Part shown: positions 53,601-64,000 of the stretch, piece after piece | Position numbering within the stretch: the stretch's first letter is position 1 | Layout of the letters: each line of letters begins with the position of its first letter | Source of the DNA: Dendrobates tinctorius | Lineage: Eukaryota | Length of the DNA: 64,000 bases | Direction of reading: 5' to 3' | NCBI RefSeq assembly: GCF_039654945.1 | Contig: NW_027361672.1 | Span: 22,692,001-22,756,000, forward strand | Made by a program: the position numbers and the translations under genes | The notes under the pieces: generated by a model | Database searches by the model: none | What the model was told of the DNA's origin: nothing | Seen by the model: the letters and a program-made list of their open reading frames with translations, nothing else

Positions 53601-55654
53601 AATTAGTATAGAATAGTAGGAAATAACTCATCAAAAATGATGGCACATTCTCAATAAAATCACCAATAGAAGACAACCTAAACGTTTAAGCTCAGCTAGC
53701 AATTTTTGTAGATACATAATTTTCCTGGAATTAGGAATCAAGTCCGTGTTCAACCTAGCTAGTATTATTATCATTACATTACTGTCCAGGCAATCACTTC
53801 CACGATATGTTATTGATCGGGATAGACAAATGTTCATATGCCGACCTTGTGTATATAGTTAATTTGGTACATAGTAGGTTATTAGTGACTTGGCACAGTT
53901 CAAAGGATGCGGTAGGTTCTAGGGAGTAGGGCGTCTATACAGGGACATGCATTTACAAGCTGCCTATTTGTCATATGCTTAAGTGTTGGGCTACAGATGG
54001 TGCAGTGTTCTCTGTTATTGCCCTGGTATTAGCTGTACCATATTCCACAATCCTTAGAGCTGTCGAGTCTAGAGCTAGCGATTAGTGTATAGGAATAGAA
54101 CCTTGTATATGAATGAGATGTGCTCCTTTTCATGTATGTGAATCATTTCTGCCATATATACAGTTTTTATATGAGCGGTATGTGTTGCGGTACGTCCTGT
54201 AAGGCTTGCTCTTTGCCAATGTGTCCTACAGCCAAGATCAAATTAATGAAAAACTGGAAATTATATTCTGACTTTTGTTTTATGCTTTTAGTGATTCCAG
54301 TTCAGCAGTAAGTGATAGGGGAAAGGCAATGCCTTAACGCTGTGTAATTAGAACTAGTCTGTTGAGGAGACGACTGACAATATTGCGGACATGCACGAGA
54401 CAAGCTGCTCACTTGTTTGCGCAAGTGGTCGATCTTGCTTGGAGGCGCTGCAGCTAATAAGACGTGCTTTCTTTTCAAAGCTCTAATTTGTAGTTCCCAG
54501 CTTCTAAAAAGCCAATCCGCCGGCACACGCACGTGTCCTACGCTGTGCCCGAGTGTGCTAATCAACTTATACATTATGTATTAGAATACTGTCATGCTGT
54601 TCTGTTCTAAAAGTAGGAATCATTCAACAAGATTGTTGCCAAATGATGGAATAATTTCCATTTATTTTCTTGTGCACTCTTCCACATTCAATTGCATCTA
54701 GACAATGACAGTTATATTGTAGGATATTACACATCGGTTCAGCAGACACTGCAATGGCTCCTTATATGCCCCTGACGATGCTTGGATTGGGTAGTACTCA
54801 GGTAGTTTTATTCCACTTTGGGATCTGAATATCTTCATATGTATAAACTCAGGGCACAATGCAGAGTTAGCTAACCAATTGTAAGTACATGTAAGCTTAC
54901 ACAAGTGCCTGGCTGGGATAATAACCCTAAGTCTGTCTCAAGCCATTACTAGCATCTTTATGGTCTGACGTGATGGGCCACGTAGAATTGGTAGTGTTTA
55001 CTATGATGCAGTGAAAATTGGCTGAAATGCGAATTTTTCTCACTACCACTCTGGTATGTACAGAGCCAGATCCTGTTCAGAGTATTGATGAGGAGGTAGA
55101 TTCTGCATGAAAAACTACTAGACAGATTGAAACAGTTGAATGGTGATTCCTTTTGTTTGATGATTGAATTTGTGGTAAACGACCAGCTATAATTCTTAAT
55201 ATATTGCTTGAGTTTTTTATATTGTTTCATTGTCGGGGGTTGCTATGTAATTGTTGCACCCATTAATGCTGACCCAGCCAATTCTAACCTCAATTAAAGT
55301 TCTGGTTCTCATTTTGAACTGTAGTGAAACATTCAGCCTTGTAAGAAGTAATTTGATTATTAAGTAGTCACTATATTGCTGTTCTCCATTATCTGCTCGG
55401 TATTGGTTTGCGTCTCCTACCCTTGCTGTAGCAAGTGGTTGTGTTTCTGGAATTACAAAAAAAAAACATTGTCCTACTTTATTTGTTTTGTCCTCCATAA
55501 TAAAGAGTAGTTTCTGCTATGCTTGTGAAGCAGCTATTCGGTGGGATATACTAACTCACTTTGTGTTACATCTATTACTATGCTTATGTACAGTATATTA
55601 AAGGGGTTTTCCGATCTTTAAAAAAATGCTGTGTAGATACTCTAACCACAGTAA

Positions 55655-56090
55655 GGCTAGTTTCACACTAGTGTTTTTGAGCGCAGCGACGGCCTGCGCA
55701 CGGCCACCGCTAAGCCCCGCCCCCTGCCGCGCCTCCGCCGGTAGCTCCGCCTACCGGCGCATGACCCTGCATGCGCCCTGCGTCCCCTATCTTTATCACT
55801 GGGGGCGCAGGCCGTGCGCAGTATGCATTTGGCGGCGCATGCGTCCTTTTGACAGTGCGCCGACCTGCGCCAAACGCAACCTGCTGCAGTTTGGTTGCGC
55901 CAGCGCACCGTCAAAAAGGTGTATGCGCCGCCAAACGCATACTGCGCACGGCCTGCGCCCCCAGTGATAAAGATAGGGGACGCAGGGCGCATGCTGCGTC
56001 ATGCGCCGGTAGGCGGAGCTACCGGCGGAGGCGGGGCAGGGCTTAGCGGCGGCCGTCGCTGCGCTCAAAAACGCTAGTGTGAAACTAGCC
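55655..56090. mobile_element. Near-perfect palindromic Harbinger-type MITE (inside a T2-like MITE, about 55602-56408)
   Basis: TAA|GGCTAGTTTCACACTAG...CTAGTGTGAAACTAGCC|TAA. The whole 436 bp folds back on itself. Confidence 0.9.
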
Positions 56091-56844
56091 TAAGATGGAT
56101 CACTTACTAATATAGTGTCTGTAACTGAAATGCCTTTGTAAGTCACTCCCACATACAGTTACATGACTATTCTCCCTGTCCTCCTCCTTCCCCTTGTCTC
56201 ATAAAGGATTGTGTTTCACATGCTGGGCAGCAGGTAGTGTAATATCAAGTAATTGTTGGAACAGCAGAGTTATGTGTCACTAATTCATATTGGTAATCCC
56301 ACCCATAGTTATAAGGAATGTAAATGATAATGAAAACCATAATCTGGTAAGCATTCAGAAAGATTAAGGTACTTTTATGTATTTTATATAAGCTCGGAAA
56401 ACCCCTTCAGAAGGTTTATATGATGTATTTTTATGGGATCTAAAACTGGTAAAGTGATTTATTATTTGATACAGTGTTTTAAAAAATGCAGATCAATATA
56501 TATAATCAGTATATAGTATAACTGCAGTATTTGTATTTATCTACATTGCTAATGTAAGATGAGTAGATCTGAATGAGGACATTGTACTAATCTCTGACTC
56601 TAAATCATAGCATTGTGTACTGAATTTTGTGTTTTATGATTCCTTATAATTATGTCTTGGCTTTGAATGTTAAAATATAATAAACATTTATTAGAAAATT
56701 AATTTTTACTAATTGCCTCTTCATTTTTGTTCCTTAATGTATTATTTTCTTTCATTATTATTAGACTAATATCTGAAACTTTAATTTGTTTCCACATATT
56801 AGATTTAGAAGAAGGATGTAGAATACTTTACATTATCGCTCTAA

Positions 56845-57249
56845 GGCTACTTTCACACTTGCGTTTTTTTTGCGCTACGTGCACAGTGCAAACGCACATA
56901 AAAAACTTATCATGCGTGTGTATGCTTTTTTGTGTTTTAGCGTATGCGTTTTTTTGCGCTGACGTGCGCATTACTATGCGCACGTCAGCGCTCCCATAGA
57001 CTGTAATGTGTTTTTGGGTGAATTTTGTGCGCATTGCGTGCGCATGCGGTTTTTTGAGACAGGTCGGACGCACAAAAAATGCAATCGGATGCATTTTGTG
57101 CGCCCAGGCGCACACTACAAAAAGACACATGCACATACAAACGCCTACAAACGCATGTCTATGCACACCCATGTTAAGTATAGGAAAAAAAAAGCATGCT
57201 TTTTTTGCGCAAAAACACAGCGCAAAAAATCGCAAGTGTGAAACCAGCC
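56845..57249. mobile_element. Harbinger-type MITE
   Basis: TAA|GGCTACTTTCACACTTGCG...CGCAAGTGTGAAACCAGCC|TAA. Confidence 0.85.
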
Positions 57250-57415
57250 TAAAATAGTTAATTGAAGTATTTCTTTCAACAATATTTTAGATGTACAACC
57301 ATCAAAAATGAACACTCACTTTAGTTATTGTGATATAGTGTTGGTTGTAACGGTGTTTCTCGCTCTAGGTGACATCAGTCTTCCTTAGTGTGACTGATGT
57401 CACCTTTGACTTTAA

Positions 57416-57757
57416 GGCTATGTGCACACGGTGCGGATTCTGCTGCGGATCTGCAGTGTTTCACGCTCTGTGGGTTCGTAGCAGATTTAGGTGCGTTGTA
57501 CAGTACCATTGTTTTCAATGGTAAACTGAAAACCACTGTGCACATGCTGCAGATTTTTCTGCGCGGATTTGCTGCGGTTTACAATCCGCAGCATGTCAAT
57601 TCTTTGTGCGGATTCCGCTGCGGTTTCACTCCTTCTCCATTGTAGAGGTGTGATACCGCAGGCTAATCCGCAGGTAAACCGCAGGTCTTTTGACCTGAGA
57701 TTTTACCTGCAGATTTTTACAAATCCGCAGGACCAAAATCTACGTGTGCACATAGCC
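57416..57757. mobile_element. Harbinger-type MITE
   Basis: TAA|GGCTATGTGCACACG...CGTGTGCACATAGCC|TAA with TGCGGAT repeats. Confidence 0.85.
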
Positions 57758-59184
57758 TAAAAGGAAAGGCATTGCCAGTAATTTATTTTAAATCAAGTTT
57801 CATAGTGAATACATTTTTTAAGAGTTTTTGGTAATTTTGTATTATATATTAGAAAAAGAAATCCTAAAATGTTGCAGTTTTCACTCTGGCTGCTGAACCT
57901 TGTAGGTTGACACCTGCTCTATAGAGACCACTTTTCACTATGAGCACAAAAGGGATACAACGAAGATCAACATCAATAAATAGATGACACTGAATAACAC
58001 TATTCTATTCCTCTCCTGCACAATTACCCCTGCACAGATTACAGAGCATGCGTAGGAAATTCTTCCATTCAAGCTAATGTTTCCAGACTCTGATGCATGG
58101 CTGCTGCAAAGCATAACTCTAATGCTGTTAAAAGGAATCTGTCACCAGGTTATTCCTATCTTTTCTGAGAGCAGCATGATGTAGAAAAATAGATCCTGAT
58201 TCCAATGTTGTATCACTTCATTTACTGAGTGTAGCAGTTAGAGGTCTTAGATGTAGCATAAAGCAGAGCTGAGAAAGCTACCCCGCCCACAGCACACTAT
58301 GTACATGTCTATTGACAGTTAGCTGCTTATCAGAGAAGGGGGCGTGGTCAGTCTAGCAGGCGCCTGAGCTGTAGTTCAGGCAGTGATAATGTCTTGGTGA
58401 TAAAACCTTCATTGTATGTAAACAGCACAAAGCCTAATGAGTGACATATCCCTGAATTCAATGTTTTAACCCCTCAGACTACATAGCTTCTTACAGATTC
58501 CCTTGAATTGCAGTTCAAGCAAGATGGTTGGCCACATAATCCTATATAGAAAATATCTTTAAAAAAATCTACCAACAGAAAATAAAAACAGATTAGAAAA
58601 AATAGAATATTAATATCTGGTTTTAATAATAAATATGGCTAATAAATTTCCACTAAACTGACTCAATTCTTCAGAGGTTGTTATTTGGCTAAACAATATA
58701 GGCAGTGACATACATAGATCACAGAGTGGTCAATGTAAGGAAATATGTAGCAGTCGGCTTCTCTTCATTCATAGAAATTCATCCACGTGCACATGATGAT
58801 GTGGGGATAGAGTACGATGAACTCCGGGTGAATAACATTTGGCAGGTAGTTCCCTAGCCTTATCTAAAGTAATCTACTTCACATTTGAGATTAGCATGGA
58901 TCATGTCATTTTCGATTGAAATTCTAATGACTCGATATGATTCTAAAGAACCAAGTACATAAACCGATAAACAACCGAATCAATCACACAAATATTTTCC
59001 ATATACGGTATATGTGTATATATATACAGTATATATATTAGATGACCACAAGTCCGCATGTATACTAATACACATCCGTTACCTGCCTATTTTCTGCTTT
59101 TAATTACCACACTTTTTTTACACTTCTGTCATCATCTCCCGAAACTAAAACTTCTATATTTCTCATCCTAACCGAGTGTTTTAG

Positions 59185-59247
59185 GTATGGATAAAAGAAC
59201 GAGGTAGGTATCGTCTGACGTACTGCTGCCGTGCTACCGGGTACAAA
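59185..59247 (+). CDS. MBP: Candidate MBP exon 2 homologue (cassette exon, 21 aa: VWIKERGRYRLTYCCRATGYK)
   Basis: TTTTAG acceptor with CTAAC upstream, 63 nt, phase 0-0, GT at 59248. Starts V-W-(I/L)-K..GR and ends YK like mammalian exon 2. Lies in non-repetitive DNA downstream of exon 1. Confidence 0.6.
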
Positions 59248-60969
59248 GTACGGTATGCCTTGGAAAAATAAAAGAGAATTTTATGACACTGTTGCCGTTT
59301 TGAAAACGCTGACAATCAGGTTTTCGTTTGTCTTGGAATGTATGAATATGTACAAAATATCTCTTTTTATGAGCTTGTGAACAAAATGTATGTGTCTGGC
59401 CAATAAACGTGAGAGTCAACGCGGAAGTATGGCGAAGGAGTCGCTCAAGTATTTACAGAGTTGTCTCCTATATGCAGCCCCACAGAGACATGCAGAATTG
59501 ACTTACAGGGAAGAGATCACTAGGATATTGGTTAAATCAGACTTTTGTGTTTGAATTTTTTTTTTTTTTTTAGAGTTTTTTTTTACATATTATAATACGT
59601 ATTAAAGATAAAAAAAAATCTTACAATCTTCACTTTGGCCACTGAGGGTTTTTTAGACTCTAACTTCCGGTTACAATGGTTACACCCGGACCCGCTTTTT
59701 GGATTGAAGCATGTAACGAGCCTGTGCGTAGGTCATTATGAAGGGAGGAGGAGCAGGGTCAGCTGTAACATCACCTATTGTGGTTGGTGGATCCTTTATC
59801 AGCTATGTACAGACCTGTCACTGTAACCCTGCCTCTGGTGATAAGAAGCCTGCTGAAAACTTTTCCTGAAAGGACAGGAAGTATGGGTCTAAAAACAAGC
59901 CCCAGTGTGAAAATTTCAAGATCGCTAATTTTGTTTTTAATTTTTTAATAAAGATTGGGATGATAAAAAAAGCCAACTTTTTTTTTTTTTTTTTTTTTAA
60001 ATACCTGTAACACAAAAATCTGATTTACACAAAAGGCTATATTCTGATGATTGTTTTATGACTGAATTAACAGGAAACTATCACAGCCGTACAGAAGTGA
60101 AGTTACACTACCATTTTGGTGTGACCTCTATCTATTTCTGGGGTGGCAGAACGGAGGTCATAAATAATTGTTAAATGTGAGTTATTTTACATGGTTAATT
60201 TTTAATTATTAAACCTCGTAAATCCAGACTTTATGTACATTTTAAAATGACTGATCAACAGTCCAGTAGTACGGTAGGAGCCAGCGATCAACTGAAGACC
60301 ATGATGTTAGTTCGATGGATCTAGAGGCAGAAACCCAATAATAATTAGCAGCGCTCAATGCCAGTAATTCTTTACTGTTGCTGCTGCCAATTTTATCTTA
60401 CAGGTGTTATCAAGTACCTGATATACCTTGTTATACATAATGTCACATCATATTGATAGTGTCCTAAAAGAAAGGCCAAGCTTACAGATCTGACTGTTCC
60501 AAAAAGGTTGTCTTGACCCTGGTGCCACATGTTAGTGATGCTTAGGTCTTCAAAGGAAGGGTTGTTCATAGGGGTCCAGCTTTTCCAAGTGTGGATGCTA
60601 CAGGCAGCAGAAGCAAGAACTACAGTTTTAAGAATAAGGGGGTACGTTATATTTGGGTACTAGAATCACTTAGTATGGTGGGTAGCACAGGGCCGCCAGT
60701 CATCAGATTTAGTGACATGAGAGGGCATCTATTCACTGGACCACTGAATAACGCATCATACAGAAACTGGTATGTATTACATTTATGACAATAAGTCAAC
60801 ATATAGACTTTTTGTGCTTATCCTACTACCCAATAGTATTTTCAACCCCAGAAGCCAATGAAAAGAGGTCAAATGCCACATTTTTGAAATATGGTGCTTC
60901 TTTTAAATATCATTTACCTAAATAATATTCAGCCTATATGTGTTTTTCTGTTAAGTTTTGTACATTTAA

Positions 60970-61393
60970 GAATCATATCATAGAATGGTAGAGTTGGAAG
61001 GGACCTCCTGGGCCATCTGGTCCAACCCCCTGCTCAAAGCAGGATTCGCTAAATCATCCCAGTCAGATGTCTGTCCAGCCTCTGTTTGAAGACTTCCATT
61101 GAAGGAGAATTCACCACTTCTCGTGGCAGCCTGTTCCACTCATTGATCACTCTAACTGTCAAAAAGTTTTTTCTAATATCTAATCTGTGTCTCCTCCCAT
61201 TCAGTTTCATCCCATTGCTTCTAGTCTTTCCTTGTGCAAATGAGAATAAAGTTGATCCTTCTACAATGTGACAGCCCTTTAGATATTTGTAGACAGCTAT
61301 TAAGTCTCCTCTCAGTCTTCTCTTTTGCAAACTAAACATTCCCAAATCCTGCAACCTTTCCTCATAAGACAGGGTTTGCAGACCGATCACCAT
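60970..61393 (-). mobile_element. CR1 LINE 3' fragment
   Basis: ORF2 C-terminus LSYEERLQDLGMFSLQKRRLRGDLIAVYKYLKG..FLTVRVINEWNRLP, a 3' UTR hairpin (GGTTGGAC..CCTTCCAAC) and an ATGATTCT-like tail. Confidence 0.92.
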
Positions 61394-62433
61394 TTAACCT
61401 CACTAAAGTACTGGGATGAGAACCCTCTCTAATAATGTATTACATTTTCTAGATTGTGGGGCAGAATCCAATGATATCTTACAAGTCCTGATGTCAGTAA
61501 TTCTACTCTGCCGGGATTTAACAGTTGATGACCTATCCATAAAATAGATTGCAGGAGTTCCAGTAACCGGTCACCCGAATATTCCCACTGGTCACATAAA
61601 TCTGATCTGATAGTGGATGGATATAAGCAATGTACTGGGTGGAAGACTGCAGCCCCATACATTGCTTAGTTGTCACTGCTGACTATTCCACTTTATATCC
61701 CATCTAATATAGGGTGATAAACAGTCGTACTCGTCAGGATAGGTGATCAGTTCTTAAGTCCTGAACAACCCCACAACTATATTGAAGTAAAAAAAAAATG
61801 TGCAATAAAAAGACTTATGGTATTGGAGTAAATTTTATTTTATTGTATAAAGAATATTTTTTAAAAATTATAAAAGCTGAATAAAGGGCACATTATTACA
61901 AAAACCCAGAAAAATAATATATATATATATATATATTCAGCACATATACATGTTCTGCAGATATTTCATATATTAAATATTATGTACATAAAGGACATAT
62001 CAGATAACCAGCATAAGTGCAATCAGTGAAAAATCATCCAAAAAAATGCAAATGGTGTGCAAAATAAGTGTTACAAAATGAGATTAAATACTAACAATCC
62101 ATATATAGTCATACATATATTGTGCAATTATACAAATAAAGTGCATATTCAATATAAAAAGTGCCAAGTGCACAAAACAAATGCTGCTTAATTAGATAAA
62201 ATCCCAAACATATGAATGGTGACTGACAAACTAAACACAGCAAAGCGCTGCAGTGCTTATAAAGTGCTATTAGTGCTGAGACTACTAATGCTGCTAAATC
62301 AGATAAAATCCAAAACACATGAATGGTGGCTGCCAGACTAAACACAAAGTGCTGCAGTGCTTGTAAGGTGCTAATAGTGCTGAAGATACTAATAGTGCCA
62401 CTACAGACCAAGCTAGTGGTTTTACTACCCTAA

Positions 62434-63049
62434 GGCTACTTTCACATGTCCATCGGTGGCATTCCGGCGCCGTGCGGCAAAAAGATGGAGTGCCGGATCC
62501 AGCCGTGAACGGAGGGACCGGAAGTATATGCGGCGCATCTTACGGCGCCTGACACGGCTATGTTGCAAAGGAGTCGCCGGGGAAGAAAAGGATGCACGAG
62601 CTGGTGAACGGGGTATGAAAGAGAGAGAGAACGGGGTATGAAAGAGAGAGAGAGCGAGAGACCGGGGTATGAAAGAGAGAGGGAACGGGGTATGAAAGAG
62701 AGAGATATCCGGGCATGTGCACAGGGTAAAACCGTGCATACGGTGGCCGGATCAGGTAGAAGCCTGATCCAGCGGCCGGAATGTGCCATTGAGAAACATT
62801 GTCCCGCAGAGCCGGAAGGGCCGCATACATCCATGTTCTACTTTTTTTGCCGGACAAAAAAACGCTGCAGCACCTGTCCTTTCCGGCCGCCGGACAGAGG
62901 AATTCAGCCGAATCCGGTAAAAACCGGAACATGCGGCGCGATCCGGCGCATGTGCTTCTCAATGACAAACGCATCCGGCGGTAAAAGAAAACGGATCCGT
63001 TTTTTTACACACGTGCCTGACGGCACAAACTGGATGTGTGAAAGAGGCC
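62434..63049. mobile_element. Harbinger-type MITE
   Basis: TAA|GGCTACTTTCACA...TGTGAAAGAGGCC|TAA with internal CGGGGTATGAAAGAGAGAG tandem units. Confidence 0.8.
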
Positions 63050-63057
63050 TAAAGCAT

Positions 63058-63231
63058 ATATACTGTGCTTTCAGTGGCAAGAAAAATATACGCAATATAT
63101 AAGTATATATACGGAAGAAGGCAATTAGCCGAAACGTGCGTAGGGAATTGGGCACACACACTGGTATGTAAAAACCCTGTTAGTTTGTTTTAATATATGT
63201 ATTTTTCTTGCCACTGAAAGCACGCAGTATA
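63058..63231. mobile_element. Short inverted repeat with degenerate hammerhead-like core (Penelope-like terminus)
   Basis: Arms about 63058-63091 and 63199-63231. The centre reads CGGAAGA-A-GGC-AATTA-GCC-GAAA-CGTGCG-TA. Confidence 0.5.
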
Positions 63232-64000
63232 CACTCACTGGCCACTTTATTAGGTACACCATGCTAGTAACGGGTTGGACCCCCTTTTGCCTTCAGAACT
63301 GCCTCAATTCTTCGTGGCAGAGATTCAACAAGGTGCTGGAAGCATTCCTCAGAGATTTTGGACCATATTGACATTATGGCATCACACAGTTGGCGCAGAT
63401 TTGTCGGCTGCACATCCCTGATGCGAATCTCCCGTTCCACCACATCCCAAAGATGCTCTATTGGATTGAGATCTGGTGACTGAGGAGGCCATTTGAGTAC
63501 AGTGAACTCATTGTCATGTTCAAGAAACCAATCTGAGATGATTCGAGTTTTATGACATGGCGCATTATCCTGCTGAAAGTAGCCATCAGATGTTGGGTAC
63601 ATTGTGGTCATAAAGGGATGGACATGGTCAGCAACAATACTCAGGTAGGCTGTGGCGTTGCAACGATGCTCAATTGGTACCAAGGGGCCCAAAGAGTGCC
63701 AAGAAAAAATTCCCCACACCATGACACCACCACCACCAGCCTGAACCGTTGATACAAGGCAGGATGGATCCATGCTTTCATGTTGTTTACGCCAAATTCT
63801 GACCCTACCATCCGAATGTCGCAGCAGAAATCGAGACTCATCAGACCAGGCAACGTTTTTCCAATCTTCTACTGTCCAATTTCGATGAGCTTGTGCAAAT
63901 TGTAGCCTCAGTTTCCTGTTCTTAGCTGAGAGGAGTGGTACCCAGTGTGGTCTTCTGCTGCTGTAGCCCATCTGCCTCAAAGTTCGACGCACTGTGCGTT
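63232..64000 (-). mobile_element. Tc1/mariner DD36E transposon (runs off window), uninterrupted ORF 63264-63992
   Basis: TA|CACTCACTGGCCACTTTATTAGGTACACC terminus and 242 aa without stops, including WSDES, FQQDNAPCH and SPDLNPIE with 36-residue spacing. Confidence 0.93.

Noticed and set aside
54772-54800. CTGACGA hammerhead-like half core
   Set aside because: No stem II followed by GAAA downstream.
55626-56077. Several overlapping ORFs, including near-identical ones on both strands
   Set aside because: Artefact of a GC-rich palindromic MITE.
59248-64000. Search for downstream classic MBP exons (..NPVVHFFKNI..)
   Set aside because: No matching coding sequence found by eye. They presumably lie beyond the window.

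Overview
Vertebrate genomic DNA, most likely an anuran (frog), judging from the repeat families and the MBP sequence. It is mostly intronic and covers part of the Golli-MBP (myelin basic protein) gene on the + strand. The one unambiguous host exon is Golli exon 5 / classic MBP exon 1 (50251-50678). It carries the embedded classic MBP promoter, the MASQK start (50505), a second in-frame MASAS start (50547) and a read-through tail (VSTEE*) like the mammalian BG21/HOG5 Golli isoform. Two small candidate exons are not in the ORF track: a putative homologue of the alternatively spliced MBP exon 2 (59185-59247, VWIKERGRYRLTYCCRATGYK) and a possible Golli exon 3 equivalent (22061-22115). The rest is a dense, often nested mosaic of transposable elements: Tc1/mariner (DD34E and DD36E), a Gypsy LTR remnant, solo LTRs, hAT, piggyBac-like TTAA elements with a ~390-bp satellite and telomere-like repeats, PIF/Harbinger and T2 MITEs, two Helitrons carrying different minisatellites, a V-SINE, CR1 fragments, and two palindromic Penelope-like termini with degenerate hammerhead-ribozyme cores. 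No prokaryotic-type system (CRISPR etc.) is present. Comparisons to other species are from memory, not from database searches.
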